A stretch of DNA of 64,000 bases from Octopus bimaculoides (GCF_001194135.2 NC_068989.1:81389874-81453873); one strand, 5' to 3'. Numbered from the stretch's first letter, positions 1 to 13,527 are shown. The notes: generated from the letters alone by a model not told the origin. Numbers and translations: made by a program.

Positions 1-118
1 CATACGTATTACACACACAGACACACACAGACACGCACATACACACATATATATATATATTTGTATATATATATATATATATATGTATATACATATATGT
101 ATGTGAGTGTATGTTTGT

Positions 119-150
<32 letters not shown>

Positions 151-461
151 GTATCCCAGCCCTCTTTCTAGTTATATATTGCTGCAGCTTAATGTTTCTG
201 TTATCCGGTTGCTGTCAAAAGTGTAAGACAAAGACAGAAATTAGCATTTTGTTTTACTCGATGGAGATGGCTAATCTAGTTCCACATCTTCGTAACTGCA
301 CATTAAGTTGACTCTAAGCTGCTGGAGTGAGAACTCCATTAAAATGCTACAAAGCAGAATTCAGAGCTTGTTACAGAAACTCTTTTCAGTTCGTCTAGCG
401 TTGTTGGTTAACATGCAGTTTAGCGTTGTAAAAAAGGGGAAAGTAAATTGACCTAAATGGT

Positions 462-632
462 GGAGGCGCATGGCTTAGTGGTTAGGGAGTTGGACAAGAT
501 TAGGCAATCAATTCCTGGACCGGATTAAGCGTTGTGTCCTTGAGCAAAAACACTGCATTTCACGTTGCTCCAGTCCACTCAACTGGTTAAAATGAGTAAC
601 CCCGAGACAGACTGGCTCCCGTCGAGGGAGGA
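462..632 (+). mobile_element. tRNA-derived CORE-type SINE, family 'E'
   Basis: Head GGAGGCGCATGGCTTAGTGGTTAGG (A-box-like), then GTGTCCTTGAGCAAAAACAC (CORE-like) and CATTTCACGTTGCTCCAGTCCACTC. Homologous copies at 13948, 36105 and 41360. Followed by (TTA)n. Confidence 0.75.
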
Positions 633-639
633 ATATATA

Positions 640-700
<61 letters not shown>

Positions 701-729
701 GTTTAACAGTATTTACCCCGAAACAAAAT

Positions 730-1430
730 CCTAAATGAAACAAATTATCGATACAAGGTGTTTAAAATAATCCATCAGTTATCTTCTCTATATAGATGAT
801 TTGAAACTGAAGATAAGAAAAAAAAAAGGGTACTTAGTGACGTAAAACAAAAATATACCTTCGAGAAATGCAACTAGATGAACCAGTACCCCTCCCACTA
901 AAATAAATGTGTATTTAACTGACATGGCAAAACGAATAAAAAATATAGTTAAACAAACCATTCTTCAATATACTAAGGCGAGATGGGAGCAAAACCCACT
1001 ACTTGCTAAATAACTGAGTAGAGCCAGGAGTCCTGACGGAGACCAAACCTTTATTGATCAATGGCTGGCATACTCTCGTCTCAAAAAACAGAAACTGAGG
1101 GGTATATCATTGCTGCTCATGACTAATCTCTTCCAACTAGAAATTACTAGTGTAATGTTCTGAAACAACTCATCCTGCCGCATATGCGGAGAACATCTAG
1201 AGACAGTCGATCGCATAATCTCTGAATGCAGCCGACTAACATTCAGAGTACAACAGAGCACTTGCAAAGACATGACGGGGCAGCTCAGTACATACACTGG
1301 TCAAAATGTCGCACATGGAACCTCCTTCATAAAGAGAACACAAACTAGTACAAGTTGTGCATTATGTTGAGGTTAGCATCCTTTGGGATGTCAGTGTTCA
1401 GACTGATCGGAAAATGCAAGCTAACCAACC
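730..1430 (+). mobile_element. R4/Dong-clade LINE fragment (RT, CCHC knuckle, start of REL endonuclease), degenerate
   Basis: Broken translation gives SYLLYIDDLKL (RT), KTETEGYIIAAHD, CRICGEHLETVDRIISEC (CCHC-like) and ILWDVSVQTDRKMQANQP. It is cut exactly where the hAT-like end begins at 1431. Confidence 0.8.
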
Positions 1431-1800
1431 CAGGGACAGATTAAGACCACCGAGGCCCTAAGCACTTAAAAGATTTTGGTATCCCTATAAAAGATTATGT
1501 AATTCAAAATATAAACAATAACAAACCATGAAATACATTTATATTTTTCAAAACGAAATAAAATAGAAAGAGAGAAAATAATGTTTATTTTTTGTATACT
1601 TCCACTTTATGTATATCTGAAAGATTTCCTACTTTTTTGAATTGCAAAATCTTTGATCAGATCCTCAAAATTAATCTTAGGTAACACATCTGCACCTATA
1701 CTTGGTAGAGATAAAGGGATCCCGAATATTATTTTAGCAAGTTTAAAGTGATTTCTTTTGTGCCGTAAACCACTTACCATTTCTGTGGTGTCCTACTTTC
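1431..1800 (-). mobile_element. hAT DNA transposon end with transposase C-terminus
   Basis: TIR-like CAGGGACAGATTAAGACC at 1431. The minus strand reads ...DVLPKINFEDLIKDFAIQKSRK, resembling the typical hAT transposase C-terminus. The opposite TIR was not found. Confidence 0.6.
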
Positions 1801-2082
1801 CCTTGATGTCCTAAGCATGTGCTTATTTTGCTTAATGGTTAAGTCAACGCTGAACCAACCAGATATCATTGAGAAAAATCATGTTGAAAATACGTCTTTT
1901 GATTGGTGTTGCAGCTCAAAATAATTAACAACAGCTAATAAAAGGTGCTTCATCACAGAATAAAAGTTATATTTGTTTATAGTGTCGATGTGATGGATTG
2001 CAGCAAGACAAATGTCTGTGAAAAAAATTTTCTTTCTGCTATTGGCATAAGGCAAAGAATTTTGGTAGAGGAAGCTAGTCGA

Positions 2083-2165
2083 TTACTTTAACGACCTCGA
2101 AAACATAAAAGACAAAGTCGACCTCGGTGGAAATGCCGCAAACCATTTTGTCTGGCGTATTAACA
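2083..2165 (-). mobile_element. SINE family 'A' fragment
   Basis: AAAGTCGACCTCGGTGGAA is the reverse complement of the family A core. Confidence 0.6.
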
Positions 2166-2998
2166 TATATGTAAGCACGTTCGTTTCACTGTGGGCACGC
2201 GCGCGTGTATCTGTGTGAGTGTAGGGTGGTGGCGTTAATTTGAGAGTTCGAAATGTAGAATCCCTAAACAATTAATTCCGGTTCTGCTGAATGATTGGCA
2301 AAAAGTTGTTTCCTCAATAGAAAAAATAGGCCCCGTCAAGTTGTTCGTCGAACACTGAGCGCGCCAAAAATAAACAATCCAATAGGCTGCAAATACCCAA
2401 TGAAAACATAATATAATCATACAATTTTATCAATAATCTGTTGTATCTGAATATTAGTCATGTAATAAAAGACGTTCCGATCAGCGATAAAATGAAGTTC
2501 TGTGATAAAGCGTCAAAAGAGTGATAATAGCTGCTGAAAGAGACAGTGAGTCATGTATCTGTATGTATGCAAGTGACAACCATCTGATTGATCTAATAGG
2601 TACAAGCATCTGAATGAATGCATGTGAAAGTTAAAAGACAGGTTAAGAGTGTGAGTAAAATAGCCAAGAAAGAGTTACCAACCGAAGAAAATAGAGTAGA
2701 GACATACTACATTTTACTGAAAGGGAAAAAGGAGATACAGTATAGTAGAGGGGAAAAAATAAGAAAGCTGCAACTATGACATTTGAAAAATCTTTTTAAT
2801 AACAATACAGCCATAATTTATTAAAGAAAACAAAAGTAGTTTTGATAAAATAAAAGCATTCTATAACAACAAACTACCATCGTAGATGAAAATCCTGGTG
2901 AATTTATTGACAGTGAAAACAGTACATGAATTCAACAGAAAATTATTGCAAAAGAAAACGTATCAATTATCAAGACACGAAATGTATCTTGGTAATTG

Positions 2999-3622
2999 AC
3001 TTCAGAACCAGCACTGCGGGTAACAGGATATTAAACGTTGAACTTAGGAAAATAAAACACATTTATTAAAAGATTATGATCAATAAAGAAATAAATATTC
3101 AAAATTGTCATATATAACTCTACATCTTAAGTGTACTCAACTTACGTCGACAATTGGTTCCAAGAAATGCAACTAAACTCGAAAAACGACGTAACACGAA
3201 AGGACATTTAAAAAAAAAATGTATTAAATGGTTTTTCACATGTTTATTTGATGTCTCCTTTAGTATTGTTTTTTATATATATATATAATTTTATACTTTT
3301 AAATATGTTTGTTGAGTGAGATTGACTTCAAGCCGGGTAAATAGATTGGAATTGAAGTCTATTTTCCCATAAAAAAAAACAAAAAAAAAAACAGCGTAAT
3401 GTAACTCGAAACGACGTAAGTTGACGTGTGTCTGTATTGGTACACAAGGAACGACCATTGACAAGAAAACAACACATGAATACAGTAGTAAAACAATACT
3501 TCAGAGCCAGCGCTGTTAGTGACAGGATATTAAGCGTTGATCCTAGGAAAATAAAATACATTGAAAAATTAGTGACTAATAAAGACTTAAATATACAAAT
3601 TTGTCACGAACAACTCTGCATC
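2999..3622. repeat. Diverged ~125-bp direct repeat (2999-3126 and 3498-3622)
   Basis: ACTTCAGAACCAGCACTG...GGATATTAAACGTTGAACTTAGGAAAATAAAACACATT matches ACTTCAGAGCCAGCGCTG...GGATATTAAGCGTTGATCCTAGGAAAATAAAATACATT. Confidence 0.75.
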
Positions 3623-3748
3623 AAAAGTATAATTAGTAATACAGTTTAGTATTTCATGACTATAATATCTATGACACATTTTTAATAATCCGATTGCGTG
3701 AGATTACATGATACTTGCATATACCCAATAGGATTATAAACAACACTT

Positions 3749-4098
3749 GGCGGCTTTGCCTTTCATCCTTTCGGGGGACGATAAAATAGGTACCAGTCAC
3801 GCACTGGAGTCGATGTAATCGACTTACCCCTTCCCCCCACCCAAATTTCAGGCCTTGTATCTATAGCAGAAAGGATTATTATTATTGGCTATTTGGCAGA
3901 ATCGATGGCGCGCCGGAAACAATGTTCAACGGATTTCGTCCGTCTTTATGTTCTGAGATCAAATTCCGTTGAGGTTTACCTTGCATTTCATCTTTCGGAG
4001 TCGATAAAATAAGCACCAGTTAAGCACTGGGATCGCATAATCGTTTAACCCCATCCCCCAAGACTCTAGGTCGTGTGCCTATTGTAGAAAGAATTATT
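3749..4098 (+). mobile_element. Two tandem SINE family A copies (3' half, then near-full copy)
   Basis: Core TTTGCCTTTCATCCTTTCGG...GATAAAAT.GTACCAGT...GTCGATGTAATCGACT occurs twice, separated by an (ATT)n tail. Confidence 0.85.
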
Positions 4099-4149
4099 GA
4101 GTTTTTCTCCTTTCAATTTTGTTTCCAGATTATTATTATTATTATTATT

Positions 4150-4768
4150 ATTGTTCAGTAGTTTTATTTTTATAACGTGCTTTCACTTCACTACCGAGCG
4201 CAGCTCTGTGTGCCTTGGGTATGTGCTGTGGTTTGCTGTGGTGCTCTTATGTTTACTGTATTGAAAGTGTTTTGCGTAGAATGTGTGCAGTACCCAGTAG
4301 TGCAATTTTCTGTATGTTATATATATTTGTAAGTCCTGGTGTTTTTGTTATGTATTTGTCTGAATATTTTTTTTATTATACCTAAGACACCTACTATGAT
4401 AGGAATTGTTTCTGTTTTTAGACTCCACATTCGAGTTATCTCTATTTCCAGGTCTTTGTATTTTGAAAGTTTTTCCATTTCTTNNNNNNNNNNNNNNNNN
4501 NNNNNNNNNNNNNNNNNNNNNNNNNNNNNNNNNNNNNNNNNNNNNNNNNNNNNNNNNNNNNNNNNNNNNNNNNNNNNNNNNNNNNNNNNNNNNNNNNNNN
4601 NNNNNNNNNNNNNNNNNNNNNNNNNNNNNNNNNNNNNNNNNNNNNNNNNNNNNNNNNTCTGTGACCTTTTCTGGCGTGTGTTTATACCATCTTTTTTCTG
4701 TTGTTATTCCATAGTGTTGGCATAGCTTCCAGTGTATATAGGTCCCAGCTCTGTCGTGTCTGTGAATA

Positions 4769-4770
<2 letters not shown>
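4150..4770 (-). mobile_element. R4/Dong LINE 3' end (spans gap 4484-4657), embedded in (TAA)n
   Basis: Minus strand reads HRHDRAGTYIHWK and KLSKYKDLEIEITRMWSLKTETIPIIVGVLG...IQKIALLGTAHILRKTL. Both flanks are (ATT)n on the + strand. Confidence 0.9.
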
Positions 4771-4850
<80 letters not shown>

Positions 4851-4851
<1 letters not shown>

Positions 4852-5525
4852 GTTTCACTCTTGCTTTGTCTCTGTACAAGTTGATTCCAAGTATCACCCA
4901 GAGACCTCAAGAGACAAGTTAGAAGTTCAAGTTGGTGTTATGACTAGGATGCCATATATTTGGTTTTGCACAAAGTATTGTTCTAGAGAATGTTATAAGT
5001 TTGATTTAAAATTTGAGATTAGATAGACAATATTTTACGCAGGATATGGACAGTTCCTATGAGCACTATTTTTTAAATTTCTGCCATTGTTGGATTTCCT
5101 GGTATCTGAGCTAGGTAGCGGTCAGCCTCTTTTGCTATCATTCCCAGAGCACCTATGACAACAGGTATTGTTTTAGTCTTGAGGTTCCACATTTTACCAA
5201 TTTCTATTTCAAGATCTTTATACTTGCTCAGTTTTTGGTAGGTCGTGACAGATATATTTATATCGATTGGGACAGTCATATCAATGAAGACGCATGATTT
5301 TTGTCTGAAGTCCTTCAATATAATGTCTGGCCTATTCGCATCCATCTTTCTGTCAGTTTGAACGGTGAAGTTCCAGAGAAATGAGATGTGGTAATTTTCA
5401 AGTATTGGAGGTGGTTTGTATTCCCACCAGTTTTTATGAGATGAAGTACAAACTTTCTTGGACTTGTGACCGTTACATCACATAACACTTCGAAGATTAT
5501 GCATTTGCAATCCAAGAACAAGAGA
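4851..5525 (-). mobile_element. R4/Dong LINE 3' end (REL endonuclease)
   Basis: ORF 5073-5345 ANRPDIILKDFRQKSCVFIDMTVPIDINIS...KLSKYKDLEIEI is a PD-(D/E)xK REL domain. The 3' end abuts the (ATT)n tract at 4770-4850. Confidence 0.9.
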
Positions 5526-5599
5526 TTGCTACAAGATACCTAATAAACAAAAGAAAGGGTGAAGCTCTCTGAACCCCAAGACACAGTCGGAAATATTGA

Positions 5600-5960
5600 T
5601 TATATCATATTTCTGTGAAAGACATCACACATGATCAACAATTGTCTAAAAATGTCAAGGTACTACCGTCCAATACGACATGAAGTTGTTGCTGAAACAT
5701 TATACACGGCCATTCGAAAAAAGGAGCAGTCCTGAGATAAATAGTGATAAACACTTATTTCTTGAATGCATACATAAAAATCAACACAAAGAATATTGAA
5801 GGAACATTCCCATCAAATTTTCTACCAAGTGCAAACATAACAGACCGGATATAGTTGTTTAGGATAGAGAAGAAAATGTGCGTACTGTCTTAGAGGTAGG
5901 CTGCCTTGTTCATATGAATATCTCTTCGAAAATCAAAGGGAAAGAGGATACCCTCAGACA
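5600..5960 (+). mobile_element. REL-type (R4-like) LINE 3' fragment of a second family
   Basis: Broken translation gives RHEVVAETLYTAIRKK and KCKHNRPDIVV*DREENVRTVLEVGC (REL PD...E motif). Confidence 0.65.
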
Positions 5961-6369
5961 ACTCTTTCGAAACATCCAGCTTCTATGCCCAGATTTTTAA
6001 TTCACATTTATACCAATAAAAATTGTAATACACCTTGTTTTGTGACAATCTGGAAAAGCTGAGCTTTATAGAAAAAGAAATCCACCAGAAAACATAAACA
6101 TTACAAATACAATGTATAAGAGGAGCAGTAAAAATATGCAAGATTTTTTCAAGTTTAAAATGTGACATTTGTTATCTACATTCTAATGTTGAAGATTTGT
6201 ATCTTTGCTAGAAGCTAGTTCGTTTCATAAAGGAAGACTTCAAATAATTATTAAAAAAAAAGAACTTAGATACATACACACATGCATACATACATACACA
6301 TTTGCATACATACAGGCATACATACAAATACACACATACATCCATAAATAATTACATACATACATGCAT

Positions 6370-6403
<34 letters not shown>

Positions 6404-6499
6404 GTATACCCACATACATACATGCATACATTTATTCAACACTGTATCTTGAGAAATTGTTATTGCGAGTTTCTTATTACCGCTTTTCTCAAGCGATAG

Positions 6500-6567
6500 A
6501 TTTTTCTCTTATACATATATACATGCATACATACATACATACATACATATATATATACATAATAATG

Positions 6568-6598
<31 letters not shown>

Positions 6599-6905
6599 TA
6601 AGGATAATGATAATAATAATAATAATGAGGATGATGATGATGAATGTAATAATAATAATAATAATAATAATTATTATTATTATTATTTCAACTCTAGGCA
6701 AAAGAGCCTTAGAAATTTGGGGAGAAGAAGGATAGTGGATTACATCGACCATATTGCGTAACTGGTACTTATTTCATCAACCCGGATAGAATGAAAAGCA
6801 AAGTCGACCTCGGCGGAATTTGAACTCAAGAACGTAGCGGCAGACGAAATCCGCTAAGCATTTTGCCCGGCGTGCTGACGATTCTACCAACTCGCCGCCT
6901 TAATG

Positions 6906-6978
<73 letters not shown>

Positions 6979-6995
6979 TAATAATAATATTAATG

Positions 6996-7045
<50 letters not shown>
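6500..7045. repeat. Compound (TACA)n/(ATA)n/(ATG)n microsatellites around a minus-strand SINE A (6690-6899)
   Basis: Microsatellites read directly. AAAGTCGACCTCGGCGGAATTTGAACTC...CCAACTCGCCGCC is the reverse complement of SINE A. Confidence 0.9.
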
Positions 7046-7051
<6 letters not shown>

Positions 7052-8139
7052 CTCCATTTTCTTTTTATCTATTGTTGGTATATGGTTGCAATATATTTTT
7101 TGCCTTTATTCATTGACTGTGAATATGAACATTACATCATTTTTACTATTGTTCATGCTTAGAACATGCACAAAACTTGTGCATGTTACAATTTATATGC
7201 AAATTTCTCTGCTATGCACCTGGCTAGTGACAGTTTCCTCTATTGTTATGTTATTTCGTTTGTTTGTTGCTACTTCGTCGCTTTAAAATGGCCTCCTCTT
7301 AAGATCAGAGAAGAGCAGACGACCAAATGTCTATTTTAGCAAGCTGTACATTTTAACAAAAGCTATTTGAATATCTGTGAATGCTGTCAACCACCACGTG
7401 TTCTTCGAGTTCTTCAATTCTCTCTGCAACAAAGACTAATGATGCTTAAGCAATTCTTCTGTTATCAAACATTCCTTTTACGATAAATTAGAATTAATCA
7501 ATTTCTGGTGCAATTTATGCTGAATGTCTAAGTGCTCAGATATCTCTTAATTAATTTCAGTAAAGCCATCTTTCTCTGTCCACGTGACGTTGAGCCTAAA
7601 ATATCACCAGAAAATGTATGAACGTTTTATTTGAAATTTATTGATAGACCATTAGGAAGTGAATAAATAAGTGATTCACAAAGCAAGGCCAATATTAAAG
7701 GCTGTCGTAGTTTGACAATAGAATTCTCGTGTTATTTGGTTTACGCATTTTTCTTTTCAAGCTTAACACGTACAAGGTAGTGATACGTCCAAAATGGAGC
7801 CTCACTCAAGTCTTTAGTGCTATAAAGATCAGATGAAGACAACAATTGTATATTTCTTCAATATCTTTTTTGTAATAATTCGGTTATCGACAATGATGGA
7901 CAACTCATTCAGTTTATCATTACGGGTTTTTTTTCTTCTGATCGCGATGCTAACACAGCCTTCTCGTTTTCATCTGCTGGTTTGTCAATCAAAAAGAAAA
8001 CATAACCACAATCCATTTAACTTGACTGACCTTTTCCAGATATAGTGAAGGAGAGTAATATCAGTGTTAATAATATAAATCATATACGGAGTTCCGGGAT
8101 GGCTTTAGCCATGATGACTCAAATTAAAGAATATATATA

Positions 8140-8710
8140 TACACGCAATATGCACACGCACGGGCACATACGCGCGCGCACACACGCAGACACACACACA
8201 CACATACACATGCGCACACACGCACGCACAAGCACACATACACACACATATACACGCACGCACGTACACACACATATACACACGCACATACATTCACATG
8301 CACGGGCACACACACACACACACATGCGCACGCACAAGCACACATACACNNNNNNNNNNNNNNNNNNNNNNNNNNNNNNNNNNNNNNNNNNNNNNNNNNN
8401 NNNNNNNNNNNNNNNNNNNNNNNNNNNNNNNNNNNNNNNNNNNNNNNNNNNNNNNNNNNNNNNNNNNNNNNNNNNNNNNNNNNNNNNNNNNNNNNNNNNN
8501 NNNNNNNNNNNNNNNNNNNNNNNNNNNNNNNNNNNNNNNNNNNNNNNNNNNNNNNNNNNNNNNNNNNNNNNNNNNNNNNCACACACATACACATGCGCAC
8601 ACACGCACGCACAAGCACACATACACACACATATACACGCACGCACGCACACACACATATACACACGCACACACACATATACACACGCACACACACATTC
8701 ACATGCACGG

Positions 8711-8749
<39 letters not shown>

Positions 8750-8750
8750 C
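8140..8750. repeat. CA-rich higher-order minisatellite spanning gap 8350-8579
   Basis: Unit CACACATACACATGCGCACACACGCACGCACAAGCACAC...CACATTCACATGCACGGGCACAC recurs on both sides of the gap. Confidence 0.8.
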
Positions 8751-9112
8751 GCACATAGACACAGAGGAATATGTAAGCATAATCTAATATAATTAAACGG
8801 TATTTGCTGCATATGAATACTTATATATGCGTATAGACGAATGTATATCTATATATGTATGTGTGTGGGTATGTGTATACACGTGTGTGTATATGTGTGT
8901 GCGTGAGTGAGTGCGTGTGTGTGTGTGTGTGTGCACGTGTGTGCGTGCGCGCGTGTGTGTAGCAGATATTGGATTCGGAGAACCAAGCAGAACTCGCGAT
9001 AAGTCTCCAACGGGGGAACCGGCTATCAGGTCACACGGTTATTAGTTAAACTTAACAGGACTATGCACCTGAAAGTCCAATTACATTCATAGAAATATTT
9101 CCATCGAAGGAA

Positions 9113-9328
9113 GACGACGAGCTGGCAGAGACGTTAGCACACCAGGCAAAATGCTTAGCGGCATTTCGTTCGTCTTTACGTTCTGAGTTCAAATTCCACC
9201 GAGGTCGACTTTGCTTTTCATCCTTTCAGGATCGATGAAATAAGTACCAGTTGAGCACTGGGGTCGATGTAATCGACCTGCCCCCTCCCCGATATTGCTG
9301 GCCTTGTGCCAGAATTTGAAACCATCAA
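9113..9328 (+). mobile_element. SINE family A, full length
   Basis: A-box GAGCTGGCAGAGACGTTAGC, B-box GAGTTCAAATTCC, core, and tail GCCTTGTGCCAGAATTTGAAACC. Confidence 0.9.
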
Positions 9329-9833
9329 AGAGTATGTAAAAAGAAAAAACAATTTTGCTTATTGTGCGCGCGCGCGCGTGTGTATGTGTGTATAATGTCA
9401 TGTATGTTGGCGTTTGTATATGTATATAAAGATCAATGTTTGTGTATATATGTAGTCTGTCTAGGTGGATGGATGCATGTATACGTGTGTGGTTTTACAT
9501 ATGTATACGTTTGTATATGTGTGTGCGTGTAATAAGTTCTTTGACTAACTCTAATGGCGTGGAAACTAAATATTCTATAGGTTCCTTGTTGGTATCCTTA
9601 TTTTAGATCTGTCCCTTCTCTTCTCCCCTCTCACCCCACGACCTTTATTTACTTTGGGAGTCGGGTCGGGTGTGGAGAAAAACCTGGAAGTAATTTGTTA
9701 TGAAATTTGCCATGGTGGTGACGGCAGTGGTATCGTGATGTCTGGGTGCTGGGTGTTGTAGTGATCTCATAGAGAGAGAGTGAGAGAGAGACAGAGAGAG
9801 ACAGAGAGAGAAAGAGAGAGGGAGGGAGAGGGA

Positions 9834-9883
<50 letters not shown>

Positions 9884-10636
9884 AAAGGGATGTCTGTATG
9901 TCAAAGTAGTGAAATTTAGATATAACTAGGGTGGGGGGTTCGAGCAGATAAACTGGTGGGGNNNNNNNNNNNNNNNNNNNNNNNNNNNNNNNNNNNNNNN
10001 NNNNNNNNNNNNNNNNNNNNNNNNNNNNNNNGGGGGGGCGAGAGGAAAAGCATTTAAAAGATTTACAAAATAAATGGGACAATACTCTCTTAGATAAACA
10101 GATGCAAGAAATTAGAGACCTGGTTCGTTTCTTCGTTTTCTAAGAAATAAAACTTTTGCAATCTTTTTTAAAAAATCTGTTGGGTAAAATTAAATAACCT
10201 TATAAACTATTTTCAAAGAAGAAAATAGAAAAAAAACTTTTACATGTTGGTATTGTGACTATATGTTAAAGTTTGGTGATGTTTTCTTTTATGTTACTTT
10301 CGGCTTGATAAGATGGAATTTGAAACCGCTTCTTTGTACTCATCGCTTTCCGCAGTGAACACACATCTCGAAATGCGTTACTGTTAGCTGATGATAAGCT
10401 AGCAAATCGGTATCTGACAATTCTTACATCGTATACATTCTTTCTCTAGCTATCACCCATCATTCTGTCATCACATTTCCAGCAGCTGACTTCATTTCAC
10501 TTTCACTGGGCCATTCTACTAAACGATTCTTGCAGTGGGTTGGGTATAAAGGCTCTTTCTATTTACATACATCAATTTACACATTAGTGAGCACATACAC
10601 GCATACAAACATACACCACTTTATACACTAGCACGG

Positions 10637-10682
<46 letters not shown>

Positions 10683-11022
10683 ACACACGCACAACCCCTC
10701 TAATTCCTTAGAAACGCTGGGACGATTTCAACATCCTGTAACAGTGAAACCAATATAATATAAACACACTTCTCAATGCAGTCACTGAAGCTAATGTCAC
10801 GCTAACCAAGCTCTTTGCTAAACGTATTTTCCTGAAACCAACCACTTCCGAAGATTTCTAAAATCACATTTAACGTTTCTGTACGATTCTATCAACAATT
10901 CGCCAAATTATTCAATTCAAGGCTGACGTTTTTAATTTAAGTACTTGAAAATGTCCGCAAAATTGTTGTTACTGTTGTGTATTGGAGCCAGGGTAAGTAA
11001 ATATTTTTCTGTTATCTATATA

Positions 11023-11061
<39 letters not shown>

Positions 11062-11247
11062 TGACGTATATGTATATTTGTATGCAAACATACACGTACA
11101 CATTTATGCATGATTTTGCATACACGCATGCATGTGCAAACATATTTTCAAATGCATATGTGCAGAAACTTGTGTATGTGTGTGTATATAAACATACATA
11201 CAGACACGCACACACGTGTATGTATGTATGTATTTGTGTATGTATGC

Positions 11248-11315
<68 letters not shown>

Positions 11316-11839
11316 TGCTAGCCTCCAGTAATTTCGAATTCATTAGACGAAGTGAATGAAATATCTTGTATGTTTACTTAATACACACACACATTGATAT
11401 TCCTCTGTGTGTGTGCGTGTGTGTGTGTCTACGTGTATGTGTGTGCGTGCGTGCGTGGGCGCGCCTGTGTAAACTTATATGTATGTGTCGGAATCGGCAG
11501 GTATACGTAATTCTTCGTTTGTAATTTTCATATTCATATGATCACCTTCACATTAACGGCTGTTATATACATTCAAGGTGATTTTGATAGCCAACAGGAA
11601 CGTAAAACATGCAATGCAGGTCTTACATACATCAAAATGAATTCAAATAACAAATTCGATTTTCACCTTAACCATCTATTTTTATGTTATGCTGTTAGAA
11701 AAGAAAATGCCATTTGTGTATATATATATACGTATTCTCGTTTGCAATATTGTATCTCGAAGTACATACAGCTATAAATAATCGCATGTAAATATTGGGG
11801 TGAAAAAATATTTTGGATAGAAAAATTCGAAGGCTGCCC

Positions 11840-11906
11840 GTAGTACTCAAATCGAACCCACATCGTCTGTTGACACGACAGATAATCTATCGTTGAACCA
11901 ACGTAA
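11840..11906 (-). pseudogene. Degenerate tRNA-like sequence or SINE head
   Basis: Minus strand TGGTTCAACGATAG...TCTGT-CGTGTCA-ACAGA...GGGTTCGATTTG has A-box, an anticodon-like stem-loop and B-box. No convincing acceptor stem. Confidence 0.3.
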
Positions 11907-12454
11907 TCTTTCGCAGCTTTCTATGTTTTAGAAACTTTAGAAAGTGAGAATTGTATGTTGTTGACGTCACAAGAATTTATTAGATTTCGAGAGAGTATGA
12001 AATAATTCTTTTTTTGAAATAGTCGATCTCGAAGCACCGAAGCACCTAAACCTAATAATAACATGCTTCGAGATTCACTGTTCCAAAAACTTAATTATCT
12101 AATGTTCTCTCGAGAGTTTATAAATTCTCATGTGTTAAAAGTAAATATGTATGTATGTATGTATGTTTGTTTGTATTGCCTTCGAAACGCGGAGTAGATG
12201 GACAGGGACAACTGACGAAGGGATATACACTTTATGTTGCATGTCTCGTTTCTCTGTTTGTTTTTTTTTCGTTGTTCTAAAAAAGTTCGTTTTCTGTTTT
12301 CATTTTTATGTTTTTGTTTTTCGTTTCTCATTGTGTTTAACGTTTTTTTTTATGTCCTGTACCCATATATGCATGTATGTATACATATAGATGTAGGTAT
12401 GTACATATATGTCTGGATATATGCATATATCTATATATTTATATTATGTATGTA

Positions 12455-12815
12455 TGTCATTATTCAGTTATATTTCATGATTTCTTGCCAATAAAGAAAG
12501 AGCCGGTTTCTAACCATTATCCAAGGCTCCTTCATTGGAATTTCAACAACAGTATTTTTGTATGTATGTATGTATGTATGTATGTATGTATGTATGTATG
12601 TATGTATGTATGTATATGTGCAGTATTTGGAGTCAGAACATGTGCAGATTTGTATGTTTTATTATATGTATCTATTCTCATGCATATAGTTGCATGTCTA
12701 GACATGTACATATATACTTAGATGATAAACTTCTGAAAAGTTTTACAGATTTTTACAGTTCCAGTGATGGCTTGGATCTGTAGTCTTCGAATTAGCTTTC
12801 TCCTTTTAGTTTTGA
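12455..12815. repeat. Interspersed repeat 'G' with internal (GTAT)n
   Basis: TTCTTGCCAATAAAGAAAGAGCCGGTTTCTAACC...(GTAT)n...AAAGTTTTACAGATTTTT. A homologous copy lies at 37572-37890. Confidence 0.8.
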
Positions 12816-12909
12816 GTTGCCTAACTTATCAAGGCAGTGTGTTACATATCCCACTGCCCCAAAATGTATGTATGTATGTATGTATGTATGTATGTATGCA
12901 TGCATGGAG

Positions 12910-13200
12910 GTGGATCTCCGACGTTGGACGGTAAGGATTCAGTTATTCGATCAACTGGTTTACATGCGCCTGGATTAACGTGTAAGTGCTCGAGAATTCC
13001 ACTGAAATGTATACACTTCACTTAATTCTGAAGCAGAAACGGGGTGACACAAGGTATGACAAAGCTGCATTTTTTTACTTTCAGATAGAATCCACCTGAC
13101 AGCTTCTGTACAGTTTCCGTCAATCTAATTTCATTCACGATGTTTTGGTAGATCCGAGGATCTAAAAATTTACATTTGTCCAAGATGACATGCGGCATAT
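12910..13200 (-). mobile_element. Diverged SINE with B-like middle and C-like 3' tail
   Basis: Minus strand TCATCTTGGACAAATGT...TTGACGGAAACTG is B-like, followed by GCTTTGTCATACCTTGTGTCAC...CACTTACACGTTAAT...GTTGATCGAATAACTG, which resembles the tail of the SINE C at 55267. Confidence 0.55.
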
Positions 13201-13249
13201 TCTTAACATTCGACAATACTGCGCCTATACACACACATACACACACACA

Positions 13250-13341
<92 letters not shown>

Positions 13342-13527
13342 TGTGTTTAGGGATACAAAACGATACAAAAACGATATATTTATATACGAATAAATATGAA
13401 TGTGTGTATATATACATGTATGTATGTACCGGGTACATTTTACCCAATATTAACTTTATTATAAAATAAAAAGCTTTAGATTTTGGTTAATGAAACTTTA
13501 CAAATTGATTGATACATTTATTGATTT

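Noticed and set aside
1860-2050. Another R4 fragment (LLIGVAAQNN)
   Set aside because: The similarity is limited to a few residues.
8140-8750. Exact repeat across the gap as a biological duplication
   Set aside because: It may be overlapping contig ends and cannot be resolved without long reads.
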